Positions 49,158 to 58,368 of a stretch of 64,000 nucleotides of DNA are shown piece after piece (the first letter of the stretch is position 1; the number at the start of each line of letters is the position of its first letter). This DNA is from Dehalococcoidia bacterium (lineage in GTDB: Bacteria; Chloroflexota; Dehalococcoidia; UBA2979), in NCBI GenBank assembly GCA_963667465.2, contig CAXXDN010000002.1:96001-160000 (forward strand), in the 5' to 3' direction. The translations under genes and the position numbers were made by a program. A model generated the notes under the pieces. The model was given only the letters and a program-made list of their open reading frames with translations. It was not told the DNA's origin and did not search any database.

Positions 49158-49864
49158 GCGACCGCCCCCCGCCGCGCGTCCCGCAGCACGGAAGCGACGA
49201 GCGCCTCGATATCGTCGAGGACGGCCAGCGCCCCTGCCTCGCGCAACGCCTCCTCGCTGGAGTCGCCGCCGCGTACGCCACAGGCGGGCATGCCGGCGGA
49301 TCGGGCGGCCTCGATGTCCGCGACGTTGTCGCCGGCGTAGACGGCCTCGCCCGGTCCGACGCCGAGGCGCTCGCAGGCGAGCAGCAGGCCTTCGGGCGCG
49401 GGCTTGGGCAGCCGCACGTCCTCGCGGCCGACGATCACGGCGAAGTACTCCGCGACGCCCGTGCGCTCGAGGATCGCGCGCACGACCTCGCGCGAGTTCG
49501 AGCTGACGACGCCCGCGAGCAGTTCGGAGCCTTCGAGCGTCTCCAGCGCCTCGCGCACGCCGGGCAGCAGGCGCGTCTTCGCGATCGCCTCGCCCTCGTA
49601 GCGCTCGATGATCGCCGCGGCCCCGCGCAGCGTCTCCTCGAGGGCGGCTTCGGGCAGCGCGCCGGAGGCCGCAACCCGCGCGTAGAGGCTGACGGTCCCG
49701 GAGCCGAGCGCGCTGGCGGGAATGCCGCGCTCCTCGTACCAGGCCAGGGACTCGCTCCGGGCGTCGCCCCAGCGCACGTGCGAACCGAGGTCCGCGAGCG
49801 TGTGATCGAAGTCGAACAGCAGGGCGCGCACACCCGGGAACGGCGGAACGAGGTCCGCGGTCAC
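49154..49864 (-). CDS. HAD family phosphatase
   Basis: FDFDHTL, VSSN, KPAPE, AGDN..D. Confidence 0.88.
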   Translation of the reverse strand: MTADLVPPFPGVRALLFDFDHTLADLGSHVRWGDARSESLAWYEERGIPASALGSGTVSLYARVAASGALPEAALEETLRGAAAIIERYEGEAIAKTRLLPGVREALETLEGSELLAGVVSSNSREVVRAILERTGVAEYFAVIVGREDVRLPKPAPEGLLLACERLGVGPGEAVYAGDNVADIEAARSAGMPACGVRGGDSSEEALREAGALAVLDDIEALVASVLRDARRGAVA

Positions 49865-49873
49865 GAGGCCGGC

Positions 49874-51472
49874 CTAGGCGAGCGCGCGGAACACGAGCCG
49901 CCGCCGCCACTCCGGCCGCTGCTCGGGGAAGTCCCGCCGGTAGTGCGCGCCGCGCGACTCCTCGCGCAGCAGCGCCGCCTCCGTGATCAGCCGCCCGCAG
50001 GTCAGCATGCAGGACACCTCGTGCTCCTCGCGCGTGCGTGGGTCGGGCAGCGTGCCCTCCCACCCGGCGAGCTGCGCCACGGCCGCGCGGAGCCGCGCGC
50101 CCTCGCGTTCGAGGCCGGCCTCGCTCCACATCAGCGCCCGCACGTCCGCGCGTGCTGGCGGCTCCGAGGAGGGACCGGCTTCCGCTGCGTCGAGCGTCTG
50201 CGCGTCCTCGCTGAGCGCCGGCGGCGCGTTCTCGCCCTCGGGCAGGGGGCCGCCGTAGAGTGCGTCGACGAGGCGGTGCGCGAAGACGACCGATTCGAGC
50301 AGGGAGTTGCTGGCGAGACGGTTCGCGCCGTGCACGCCGGTGCAGGTCACCTCGCCAACCGCGTAGAGGTCGGGCAGCGTCGTGCGGCCCCGGGTGTCGG
50401 TGCGCACGCCGCCCATCGTGTAGTGGGCAGCGGGTGAGACCGGGATGCGGTCGCGCGCCATGTCGAGGCCGGCGGCGAGGCAGGTGCGGTAGATGTTGGG
50501 GAAGCGTGCGGCCAGCCACGAGGCCTCGCGGTGCGTGATGTCGAGCAGCACGTGGTCGCTGCCCGTCGCGCGCATCTGCGCCAGCTCCGCCAGGGCCACG
50601 ACGTTGCGCGGCGCCAGCTCCGCCGCCGGGTCGATGTCGGCCATGAAGCGTCGGCCCGCGGTGTCGAAGAGCAGCGCGCCCTCGCCACGTACGGCCTCCG
50701 AGATCAGGAACGAGGGCTGACCCGGCAGGCGCAGCGCCGTCGGGTGGAATTGCGTGAACTCCATGTCCTGGACCTCGGCCCCCGCGCGGAAGGCGAGCGC
50801 GATCCCGTCCCCCGTCGCGATCGCCGGGTTGGTCGTCACGCGGTAGACCTGTCCGGCCCCGCCGGTCGCGAGGACGACCGCGTCGGCCTCGCAGCGCAGT
50901 CGTGAGCCGTCGTCGGCGCACAGCACATCGGCCCCGATCGCCCGGCCGTCCGCGACCAGGAGCCGCTCGGCGAGCGCGTGCTCGAGCACCGTGATGCCCT
51001 CGCGTTGCACCAGCGAGGAGAGCGAGAGCTCGATCTCCAGCCCGGTCTGGTCGCCGCGCGCGCGCAGCACGCGTCGCGTGGAGTGTGCGCCCTCCTTGCC
51101 GAGCGCGGCCTCGCCCTCGGCCTCGTCGAAGCGCACCCCGTAGCCGCCGAGGTCGGCGATGCGCCCGGCCGCTTCCTCGACGAGCACACGCGCGGCGTGG
51201 GCGTCGACGAGGCCGGCGCCGGCCTCGATGGTGTCGCGCAGGTGCAGCTCGGGCGAGTCGCCGGGGCCGATCGCGGCGCTGATGCCGCCCTGGGCGTAGC
51301 GCGTGCTCGCCTCGTCGATCGCGCTCTTGGTGACCACCAGTACGCGGGCGCCGCGCTGGTGCGCCTGGAGGGCGACGAACAGCCCGGCGATGCCGGAGCC
51401 GATCACCAGCAGGTCGGCGCGCAACAGTTCGCGCTCGGCCTCGGACGGTGGGGCTGGGGAGTGTGCGGACAC
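49874..51472 (-). CDS. nadB: L-aspartate oxidase
   Basis: GSGIAG, AQGGI, EGAHS, ATGDG, QFHPT, SEAVRGEG, HYTMGG, HGANRLASNSLLE, ESRGAH. Confidence 0.95.
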   Translation of the reverse strand: MSAHSPAPPSEAERELLRADLLVIGSGIAGLFVALQAHQRGARVLVVTKSAIDEASTRYAQGGISAAIGPGDSPELHLRDTIEAGAGLVDAHAARVLVEEAAGRIADLGGYGVRFDEAEGEAALGKEGAHSTRRVLRARGDQTGLEIELSLSSLVQREGITVLEHALAERLLVADGRAIGADVLCADDGSRLRCEADAVVLATGGAGQVYRVTTNPAIATGDGIALAFRAGAEVQDMEFTQFHPTALRLPGQPSFLISEAVRGEGALLFDTAGRRFMADIDPAAELAPRNVVALAELAQMRATGSDHVLLDITHREASWLAARFPNIYRTCLAAGLDMARDRIPVSPAAHYTMGGVRTDTRGRTTLPDLYAVGEVTCTGVHGANRLASNSLLESVVFAHRLVDALYGGPLPEGENAPPALSEDAQTLDAAEAGPSSEPPARADVRALMWSEAGLEREGARLRAAVAQLAGWEGTLPDPRTREEHEVSCMLTCGRLITEAALLREESRGAHYRRDFPEQRPEWRRRLVFRALA

Positions 51473-51482
51473 GAGGCGGCGG

Positions 51483-52679
51483 CTAGCGCAGCGCCAGCAT
51501 GCGCTCGAGGGCGATGCGGGCGTGCGCCTTCACGTCCTCGGGCACGACGATCTGGTTCACGGTGTGCCCGGCGGCCAGCGACTCCATCACCCACGCCAGG
51601 TAGGCGGGGTGCACTCGGTACATCGTGCTGCAGGGGCAGACGACGGGGTCGAGGCAGAACACCGTCTTGTCCGGGTGCTCCTTGGCCAGCCTCGAGACGA
51701 GGTTGATCTCCGTACCCACGCCAATCACTGAGCCGGCGGGCGCCTCCGCGACGTAGTTCGCGATATAGGCCGTCGAGCCGATCGCGTCGGCGGCCTGCAC
51801 GATGTCGTAGCGGCACTCGGGGTGGACGACGATCTGGACGTCCGGATAGCGCTCGCGGGCCTCCTCGATCTGCGTCGTCGTGAAGCGCTGGTGCACGGAG
51901 CAGTGGCCCTGCCAGAGGATGATGCGCGAGCGCTCCAGCTGCTTCGGCGCGGCGCCGCCGAGGTTGCCTGCGGGCAGCCGCCAGTTCCAGAGCGTCATCT
52001 CCTCGAGCGGGATACCCATCGCGTGGCCGGTGTTGCGGCCGAGGTGCTGATCGGGGAAGAAGAAGACTCGCTTGCCCTGCTCGAACGCCCACTCCAGCAC
52101 CTTGACGGCGTTCGAGGAGGTGCAAACCACCCCGCCGTGCTCGCCGCAGAAGGCCTTGAGCGAGGCCGCAGAGTTCATGTAGGTGACGGGAATCAGATCC
52201 TCGGTCGACCCGAAGAGGTCGCCGAGCTCCCGCCAGGCGATGTGCATGTCGGCGGGCGCGGCCATGTCCGCCATCGAGCAGCCGGCCTCCATGTTTGGCA
52301 GCACAACCTGCTGATGTGGGGCGGAGAGGATGTCGGCCGCCTCGGCCATGAAGTGCACGCCGCAGAAGACGATGTACTCGGACTCCGGTCGCTCGGCTGC
52401 GTACTGGGCGAGCATGAAGGAGTCGCCGCGCTCGTCGGCGAACTGGATGATGTCCTCGCGCTGGTAGTGGTGGCCGAGGATGACGCCGCGGTCGCCGAGG
52501 CTGGCGCGCGCCTCGCGCACGCGGGCGACGAGTTCGTCGCTGCCGAGCTGCCAGTAGGCCTCCGGAATCTCGCGCTGCCAGGAGCCGAAGGAGGCCTCCT
52601 GCGAAAGCGGCAGCGTCTCGATCCCGACATCGGACTCGCACTGGAGCTGGGGTACGGGACGGGCGATCGAGGAGACCAT
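51483..52679 (-). CDS. nadA: Quinolinate synthase
   Basis: ILGHHYQ, FCGVHFMAE, CSMADMA, YMNS, CTSSNA, PDQHLG, HPEC, GST, GTE, CSTM. Confidence 0.96.
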   Translation of the reverse strand: MVSSIARPVPQLQCESDVGIETLPLSQEASFGSWQREIPEAYWQLGSDELVARVREARASLGDRGVILGHHYQREDIIQFADERGDSFMLAQYAAERPESEYIVFCGVHFMAEAADILSAPHQQVVLPNMEAGCSMADMAAPADMHIAWRELGDLFGSTEDLIPVTYMNSAASLKAFCGEHGGVVCTSSNAVKVLEWAFEQGKRVFFFPDQHLGRNTGHAMGIPLEEMTLWNWRLPAGNLGGAAPKQLERSRIILWQGHCSVHQRFTTTQIEEARERYPDVQIVVHPECRYDIVQAADAIGSTAYIANYVAEAPAGSVIGVGTEINLVSRLAKEHPDKTVFCLDPVVCPCSTMYRVHPAYLAWVMESLAAGHTVNQIVVPEDVKAHARIALERMLALR

Positions 52680-52740
52680 GGGGGAGCCCTCATTCCTGCG
52701 GCGCTGCGGACGCGAGAGCGACGCGGCAGCCGCGCGCTAC

Positions 52741-52805
52741 ACTTCGTGTACGAAGTACGCTAAGTGACAGCGTACATGGTACGCGAAGTACCGGAGGGTC
52801 GTCAA
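52741..52805 (-). promoter_or_regulatory. nad operon promoter with nested palindromes (candidate repressor site)
   Basis: TTGACG-N18-TACCAT (minus); GTACGCT-N7-AGCGTAC at 52755-52775; ACTTCG-N4-CGAAGT at 52741-52756. Confidence 0.6.
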
Positions 52806-52820
52806 ACCTGCGATGTCCTG

Positions 52821-53120
52821 CTACGCGCGGCCAGCCACCGTCGGGAGTTCCTGCACAGCGGCGCCAACTCGCTGCTCCGCGGTGGCGAGGTCGAACTGTG
52901 TCTGGAGGTTCAGCCAGAACTGGGGATCGACTCCGAACCAGTGACCGAAGCGAAGGGCGGTGTCGCCGGTCACCGAGCGCTTGCCGGCGATGATCTGGCT
53001 GATGCGGTTGGGCGGTACGTCGATCTGGCGGGCGAACTCGGTGGGGGTGACATCGAACTCGGCCAGTTCGTCCTTGAGGATGAGCCCGGGGTGAACCGCT
53101 TGTCTGAACATGTACCCCAT
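52821..53120 (-). CDS. higA: HigA antitoxin
   Basis: HPGLILKDEL, FAR.I.VP.NRISQII.GKR.VT.DTALR, FWLNLQ. Confidence 0.92.
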   Translation of the reverse strand: MGYMFRQAVHPGLILKDELAEFDVTPTEFARQIDVPPNRISQIIAGKRSVTGDTALRFGHWFGVDPQFWLNLQTQFDLATAEQRVGAAVQELPTVAGRA

Positions 53121-53131
53121 CGTCCCCTCAG

Positions 53132-53416
53132 CTAGTGGTAGTCCACGATCTCAACATCTGTTGGGCCGGGCTCGCCGTCGTGCCAGGTGAAGCAGACACG
53201 CCATTGCCGGTTGATCCGAATCGAGTACTGCCCGTCCCTCGTGCCTCGCAGAGCTTCCAGGCGGTTGCTCGGCAGTCTTCGCAGCGTATCCAGGGATGGC
53301 GCGGCGTTGAGAATCGAGAGACGCTTCGCCGCCTGGTCGCTGAATCCCTGGAAGGCGGAGACGAACGCCCCGCTTGCGAACGACTCTGTCCGCCTGTCCC
53401 GATAACCAAGGATCAT
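53132..53416 (-). CDS. higB: HigB toxin
   Basis: PSNRLEALRG.R.GQYSIRINRQWRVCF, VEIVDYH; start 53416 or 53422. Confidence 0.92.
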   Translation of the reverse strand: MILGYRDRRTESFASGAFVSAFQGFSDQAAKRLSILNAAPSLDTLRRLPSNRLEALRGTRDGQYSIRINRQWRVCFTWHDGEPGPTDVEIVDYH

Positions 53417-53425
53417 GCTCACGTC

Positions 53426-53456
53426 AGCCTAGTCAGTCTTGACGTTGTACGTCAAG
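53426..53456 (-). promoter_or_regulatory. higBA promoter/operator
   Basis: CTTGACGT-tgt-ACGTCAAG palindrome containing -35 TTGACG; -10 TAGGCT 18 nt downstream. Confidence 0.65.
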
Positions 53457-53532
53457 CGTACGCGGGGCGCCTTGAACCTCAAGGCCCACCCCGCCTTGCC
53501 GCCCGCAGCCCCGCCCCCCTACGATCACTCGT

Positions 53533-53621
53533 GGAGGGGTCGCATAGTGGCCTAGTGCGGGCGCCTGCTAAGCGCTTATCCCTGTTCGGGATCGCGGGTT
53601 CGAATCCCGCCCCCTCCGCCA
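53533..53621 (+). tRNA. tRNA-Ser(GCT)
   Basis: GGAGGGG/CCCCTCC acceptor, G-CCA, loop CTGCTAA, long variable arm, GGTTCGAATCC; TACGAT -10 upstream. Confidence 0.95.
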
Positions 53622-53699
53622 TCCGCACCGCACTCGTCCTCGGGCCCGCCCCGAGGCGGCACGCGCGGGCGGCGCCGCACATCCGACGGGAGCAGCCTC

Positions 53700-55034
53700 G
53701 TGCCCACCTTCCACATCTGGACGCTCGGCTGCCAGATGAACCAGGCCGACTCCCTGCGCCTCGCCGCCGGCCTCGAGCGCAGCGGCTACGCGCCCGCCGA
53801 GGACCCCGACCGCGCCGACCTTGCCGTCGTCAATACCTGCGCCGTCCGCCAGCACGCCGAGGACCGCGCCGGCGGCCGCCTCCACGCCCTCAACCAGCGC
53901 CGCAAGCGCGGCGAGCGCTTCCAGATCGCCGTGATGGGCTGCATGGTCGGCCCCGAGGGGGACAAGGAACGCGCCGCCCTCGCGCGCCGCTTCCCCTGGG
54001 TCGACGTCTGGGCGCGACCGCAGGAATACGAGCCGATCCTGGAGGCGGCCGGGCTGGCGCGCGACGTCTCCGAGGGCGAGTTCTGGGCCGAGACCTTCGG
54101 CGAGCCGACCGGGCCCACGGCCTATGTGCCCGTCGTCCACGGCTGCGACAAGTTCTGCACCTACTGCATCGTGCCGCTGCGCCGCGGGCGCGAGCGCTCC
54201 CGACCCGTCGCCGAGGTGCTCGGCGAGGTGCGCTTCCTCGCCGCCCGCGGCGTCCGCGAGGTCACGCTGCTCGGCCAGACCGTCGAAGCCTACGGCCACG
54301 ACCTCGAGGAGCGGGCGGACCTCGCCACGCTGTTCGAGGGCATCGAGGCGATCGAGGGCATCGCGCGCACGCGCTTCCTCACGTCGTACCCGAAAGACAT
54401 GACGGACCGCATCATCGACGCCGTCGCCGACCTGCCGAAGGTCTGCGAGCACTTCAACATCCCCGTGCAGTCCGGCGACGACCGGATGCTGGAGCGGATG
54501 CGGCGCGGCTACACCGTCGCCGAGTACGAGGAGCGCGTCGAGCGCATCCGCAGCCGCATGCCGGACGCCGCGATCGCCACCGACGTGATCGTCGGCTGCC
54601 CCGGCGAGACGGACGAGGAGTTCGCCAGCACCGTCGCGCTCCTCGAACGGATCGGCTTCGACGTGATCCACGTCGCCGCCTACTCGCCGCGGCCCGGCAC
54701 CTTCGCCTACCGCAAGCTCGAAGACGACGTGCCGCGCGCGGTCAAGAAGGCGCGGCTCAAGGTGATCGAGGCGATCCACGCCGAGAGCGCGGGCGCCCGC
54801 AATCGCGTGCTGCTCGGCGAGACCGTCGAGGTCCTCGTGGAGCGCGAGGAGGACGGCCGCGCCAGCGGCCGCACGCGCGGCGGACGCATCGTGCACTTCG
54901 ACTCGGCCGGGTCCGGAGCCGGACTCGTCGGCGAGCTCGTCGGCGTGGAGATTGCCGAGACGACGTCGTGGTCGCTGCGCGGTCAGCACGCGGGCGCGGT
55001 GCGCGGCGGCGACCTCCTGCTCAACGTGATCTAG
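53700..55034 (+). CDS. miaB: tRNA-2-methylthio-N6-dimethylallyladenosine synthase
   Basis: TLGCQMN, NTCAVR, GCDKFCTYCIVP, QSG, DVIVG.PGET, YSPRPGT, TRAM domain. Confidence 0.93.
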   Translation: MPTFHIWTLGCQMNQADSLRLAAGLERSGYAPAEDPDRADLAVVNTCAVRQHAEDRAGGRLHALNQRRKRGERFQIAVMGCMVGPEGDKERAALARRFPWVDVWARPQEYEPILEAAGLARDVSEGEFWAETFGEPTGPTAYVPVVHGCDKFCTYCIVPLRRGRERSRPVAEVLGEVRFLAARGVREVTLLGQTVEAYGHDLEERADLATLFEGIEAIEGIARTRFLTSYPKDMTDRIIDAVADLPKVCEHFNIPVQSGDDRMLERMRRGYTVAEYEERVERIRSRMPDAAIATDVIVGCPGETDEEFASTVALLERIGFDVIHVAAYSPRPGTFAYRKLEDDVPRAVKKARLKVIEAIHAESAGARNRVLLGETVEVLVEREEDGRASGRTRGGRIVHFDSAGSGAGLVGELVGVEIAETTSWSLRGQHAGAVRGGDLLLNVI

Positions 55035-55044
55035 GGGCTGCGCG

Positions 55045-55689
55045 ATGTCCGGCGGACCGGCCGTCGCCACGATCCTCGTGATCTTCGCGATCATCGAGGA
55101 GCGCCTGCAGGTGCTGCTCGTGCACCGCGATGAGCCGCCCGAGGCGGAGCTGTGGGCGCTGCCCGGCGGGCTCTGGGACGGCGGCCGCACGCTGGAGCAG
55201 GCTGCGCAGGCGAAGCTCTTCGAGGAGACCGGCGCGCGCGACGTCTACCTCGAGCAGCTGTTCACCGAGTCCGGGCTCGACCCGACGCAGCAGGGCGTCG
55301 CCATCGCCTACTTCGCGCTGGTCGAGGCGGAGGCGGTGCGGCTGCGCGAGAGCGCGCACGACGCCTGGCGGCCGGCCTGGCTGCCGGTGGACGACCTGCC
55401 GCCGCTGGCCTTCTCCAACGGCCGCGTGATCTTGCAGGCCGTCGAGCGGGTGCGGGCGAAGCTGGACTACACGAACATCGCCTACGGCCTGTTGCCGGAG
55501 CGCTTCACGCTGCGCGAGCTGCAGGCCGCCTACGAGGCGATCCTCGCGGCGCGCCTCGACCGCCGCAACTTCCGCAAGCGCATGCTCTCAACCGCGCTGA
55601 TCGAGGCCACCGAGGACGTGCGCCGCGAGGGCGCCCACCGCCCCGCCCGCCTCTACCGCTTCACCAGCCGCGAGCCCGTCTTCCTGTAG
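55045..55689 (+). CDS. nrtR: NrtR-type Nudix + wHTH transcriptional regulator
   Basis: WALPGG, EETG, YLEQL, LAF, FTL.EL..YE.IL..RNFRK, HRPARLYRF. Confidence 0.88.
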   Translation: MSGGPAVATILVIFAIIEERLQVLLVHRDEPPEAELWALPGGLWDGGRTLEQAAQAKLFEETGARDVYLEQLFTESGLDPTQQGVAIAYFALVEAEAVRLRESAHDAWRPAWLPVDDLPPLAFSNGRVILQAVERVRAKLDYTNIAYGLLPERFTLRELQAAYEAILAARLDRRNFRKRMLSTALIEATEDVRREGAHRPARLYRFTSREPVFL

Positions 55690-55690
55690 G

Positions 55691-55736
55691 CGCCCTGCCC
55701 CCTCGCCCCTGGCGGGAGCGGGTTGAGGTGAGGGGA
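55691..55736 (-). repeat. Isolated REP-like element of the same family as 29836-30090
   Basis: Reverse complement CCCCTCACCTCAACCCGCTCCCGCCAGGGGCGAGGGG. Confidence 0.7.
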
Positions 55737-55765
55737 TCCGCCGTCCCTGGCGGGAATAGGACAGC

Positions 55766-58282
55766 CTAGTCGAGCTCGGTGAAGCCGATGATGCTCGCCC
55801 AGCGCCCCTCGCCGATGACTTTCCCGTCGAGCAGAACGCGGCAGGGCTGTTCGACTGGGCACTCCACAAGGGCGCCAGGCTCGCGCTGTGGACGACTTGC
55901 CCGCACTTCGCTGGGCTCGACATATTCGATCTCGCCCGTCGAGACGGTGAACCGGATATACGAGTACTTGGTGGATCCGAGCAGCGATTGGCCGTCGTCG
56001 CTCCAGACCAGGTTATGCCAGCTGAGCTTGGGCACCCGATCAGGCTCATGGCGGGCACGCATGCGTCCAGAGGGGAGATCAAACACGAACACGGTTTCCG
56101 AGGTGGGCCAGCGTATCTCGCGGTTGTGAAGATAGTCGTCGGGGGCCTCGTCCCTTTCACGGACGATCGCGACGCGCCGACCATCGGGCGAGACCACGAC
56201 CTGAGTGAAGCGCTCCCTCTCGGTGAGCGCGTCCTGGAGCAGGACAGCGCGCACCTTTCCATCAGGTGCGAGGTAGCGCACCGTGCCTTCTTCCACGACC
56301 ACGAAGCCACCTCTCGCGTTCCAGAGCGGGAGCGTGCGCCACTCACCGAACCCACCCAACCCCACGCGCCACCAGGCACGGGGCAAGAACTCCCAACCCG
56401 TCACGAACTCCACGCGCCACTCAAAGACTCGCCAATCCCGACCACTGCCTGTGTCGTGGACCATCACCTGCTCGCGCCTGTGCCAGCGCCGCCCACCCGC
56501 CGCGTCCGTCCCGGACTCGACGCCTTCCAGACTGTAAGCGACCAACGGCCCGACCATCTCGACGGGGGCAGGCTGGTGGGCAGGCGTGGCCAGCTGGACT
56601 CGTTCGCGAAGCACCACGCCCCGGACGTCGAGCGGCTCGTCGAGTTCGATCAGGTGGGCAGCGACAATGTCGCCTTCCCAAACCACGCGTTCGTCGAACA
56701 AGAGGATGCACTTGTCCCGGTACAGGTCGGCGCAAAGCACTGGAGATAGCATGTCCCGGCGATCGACTTCAGCCCGGAATTCGGCATGTGAGAGCGCCTC
56801 ACTCTCGCCACTCTTCAGGTCGAGGACGCGGGCGCTCAGTCCGGGCTCCGGCCGCCCCATCTCCCAGTGAGTTCGCGCCCGGATGACTCCATCAACAATG
56901 CTCTCATCGACCTCGATCGGACTCCTGTCGCCGAACTCGAAGTACACGTAGTGGGCAAGGTGAGGCCCCCAGATGGCATGATCCGACGATCTCTCCCACC
57001 ACCGATAGGGGATGATGCCCTGCCCATCAGCAACGTTCACCGTCCAGACCACTTCCCCCGTACCTGTCTCGATCACGTCAAAACCTCGCTGGAGGTAGGC
57101 ACCATTAGGGGGGATCTCCTCATCGTAGCCGCGAGGAAGGACTACCTCCCCGGGGGGGATCGCGTGGCGGAAGTCCGGTGAAAGGAGCCACCCCTCCGGA
57201 AGCACCCGCACATCCCCGGCAAGCGTGAGGATGGCAAACCTCGGATTCGGAAAGTAAGGCCACTCGCCGTAGTGAAAGCGGAAGAAGATGCTCAGCGAGT
57301 CACTGCTGGCGCTCCAGCGACCGAGCCCGAAGCGGACCGTCCCTGTCGCCTCGAAGAGCCCCTGTAAGCGGCGATCACGGCCGGTCACCCTCAGGAGCTC
57401 ATCGCCGGTGGCGACATTGAGCACTACGAGGCCGTGCGGCCCTTCGTATCTGTCGCCGTAGACGATTGCCACCTTCGCCCCGTCGGGAGAGACCGCTACT
57501 CCTCGCACGGTCTGGTCTGCGAACAAGGTCGCCTCGGGTAGCCCGTTCAGGCCCACGCGGCGGACCTGCTCCTCGTCCCAGGCGATGAGGCCGGTACCCG
57601 CCACAGCTACTGCGGCGGCGTGTTCAGAAAAATCGAAGCGGGTGTGTTCATAGTCGAATGCGAACCAGTACCTGTCCGTGCTGGTGTCATATACGTAGAC
57701 CAACCGCCGCGACACCCACTCGTCCTCCTCTCGCTCGTACCTGTCGGTGATCACGATGATCAGCGGGCCACTTACCGTCACCGAGGGCGTCGCGGCAGCG
57801 GCGGGCGTAGCTGTTGCGGACGGCGCAGCGGTGGCGATGGCTGTCGCCTTTTCCGTCGGCGTAGCGGTGACCGTCGTCGTCTCGCGAGGTACGGCGGTCG
57901 CGGTAGCGGCGGGCGTAGCTGTTGCGGACGGCGCAGCGGTGGCGATGGCCGTCGCCTTTTCCGTCGGCGTAGCGGTGACCGTCGGCGTCTCGCGAGGCGC
58001 GGTGGTCGCGGTAGCGGCGGGCGTGGCTGTTGCGGACGGCGCAGCGGTGGCGGTGGCCGTCGCCTTTTCCGTCGGCGTAGCGGTGACCGTCGGCGTCTCG
58101 CGAGGCGCGACGGTCGCAGCCGGGGCGGGCGTCGCGGTCGCGGTCGCCACCGGCGAGGGAGCCACGGGCTCCTCGTCGCTCTCGCAGGCGAGCGTGAGCA
58201 GGGCGACCAGCGCGAGCAGACCCGCGAGCCCGCGCGCCAACCGCGGGGCGATGCGTCGGCTATCGGTGCGTGTGTCGGCCAA
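55766..58282 (-). CDS. Lipoprotein with T/A/P-rich repeat stalk and duplicated beta-propeller-like domain
   Basis: GGAGG + TTG at 58282, lipobox LTLAC, two SPDG..VAIV modules. Confidence 0.75.
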   Translation of the reverse strand: MADTRTDSRRIAPRLARGLAGLLALVALLTLACESDEEPVAPSPVATATATPAPAATVAPRETPTVTATPTEKATATATAAPSATATPAATATTAPRETPTVTATPTEKATAIATAAPSATATPAATATAVPRETTTVTATPTEKATAIATAAPSATATPAAAATPSVTVSGPLIIVITDRYEREEDEWVSRRLVYVYDTSTDRYWFAFDYEHTRFDFSEHAAAVAVAGTGLIAWDEEQVRRVGLNGLPEATLFADQTVRGVAVSPDGAKVAIVYGDRYEGPHGLVVLNVATGDELLRVTGRDRRLQGLFEATGTVRFGLGRWSASSDSLSIFFRFHYGEWPYFPNPRFAILTLAGDVRVLPEGWLLSPDFRHAIPPGEVVLPRGYDEEIPPNGAYLQRGFDVIETGTGEVVWTVNVADGQGIIPYRWWERSSDHAIWGPHLAHYVYFEFGDRSPIEVDESIVDGVIRARTHWEMGRPEPGLSARVLDLKSGESEALSHAEFRAEVDRRDMLSPVLCADLYRDKCILLFDERVVWEGDIVAAHLIELDEPLDVRGVVLRERVQLATPAHQPAPVEMVGPLVAYSLEGVESGTDAAGGRRWHRREQVMVHDTGSGRDWRVFEWRVEFVTGWEFLPRAWWRVGLGGFGEWRTLPLWNARGGFVVVEEGTVRYLAPDGKVRAVLLQDALTERERFTQVVVSPDGRRVAIVRERDEAPDDYLHNREIRWPTSETVFVFDLPSGRMRARHEPDRVPKLSWHNLVWSDDGQSLLGSTKYSYIRFTVSTGEIEYVEPSEVRASRPQREPGALVECPVEQPCRVLLDGKVIGEGRWASIIGFTELD
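57790..58140 (-). repeat. About 3 x 108-bp coding tandem repeat (36 aa)
   Basis: GGCGT(A/G)GCTGTTGCGG recurs at 57804, 57912, 58020. Confidence 0.92.
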
Positions 58283-58368
58283 GCGCAGCCCTCCTCGGTC
58301 CGCCGCCAGACATCCCGACAATCACAGGACGCCTCACGGGGCCGGCGAGTTCCCGCAGGCGCGACCCG

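Noticed and set aside
48276-50921. 881-aa ORF and other long Arg/Ala/Gly-rich overlapping ORFs in the track
   Set aside because: These are shadow frames of high-GC genes; only the C-terminal part here (nadC) has real motifs.
52780-53621. tRNA-Ser(GCT) as an attB site for the adjacent higBA
   Set aside because: The cassette lies 5' of the tRNA, and there is no duplicated tRNA 3' end and no integrase.
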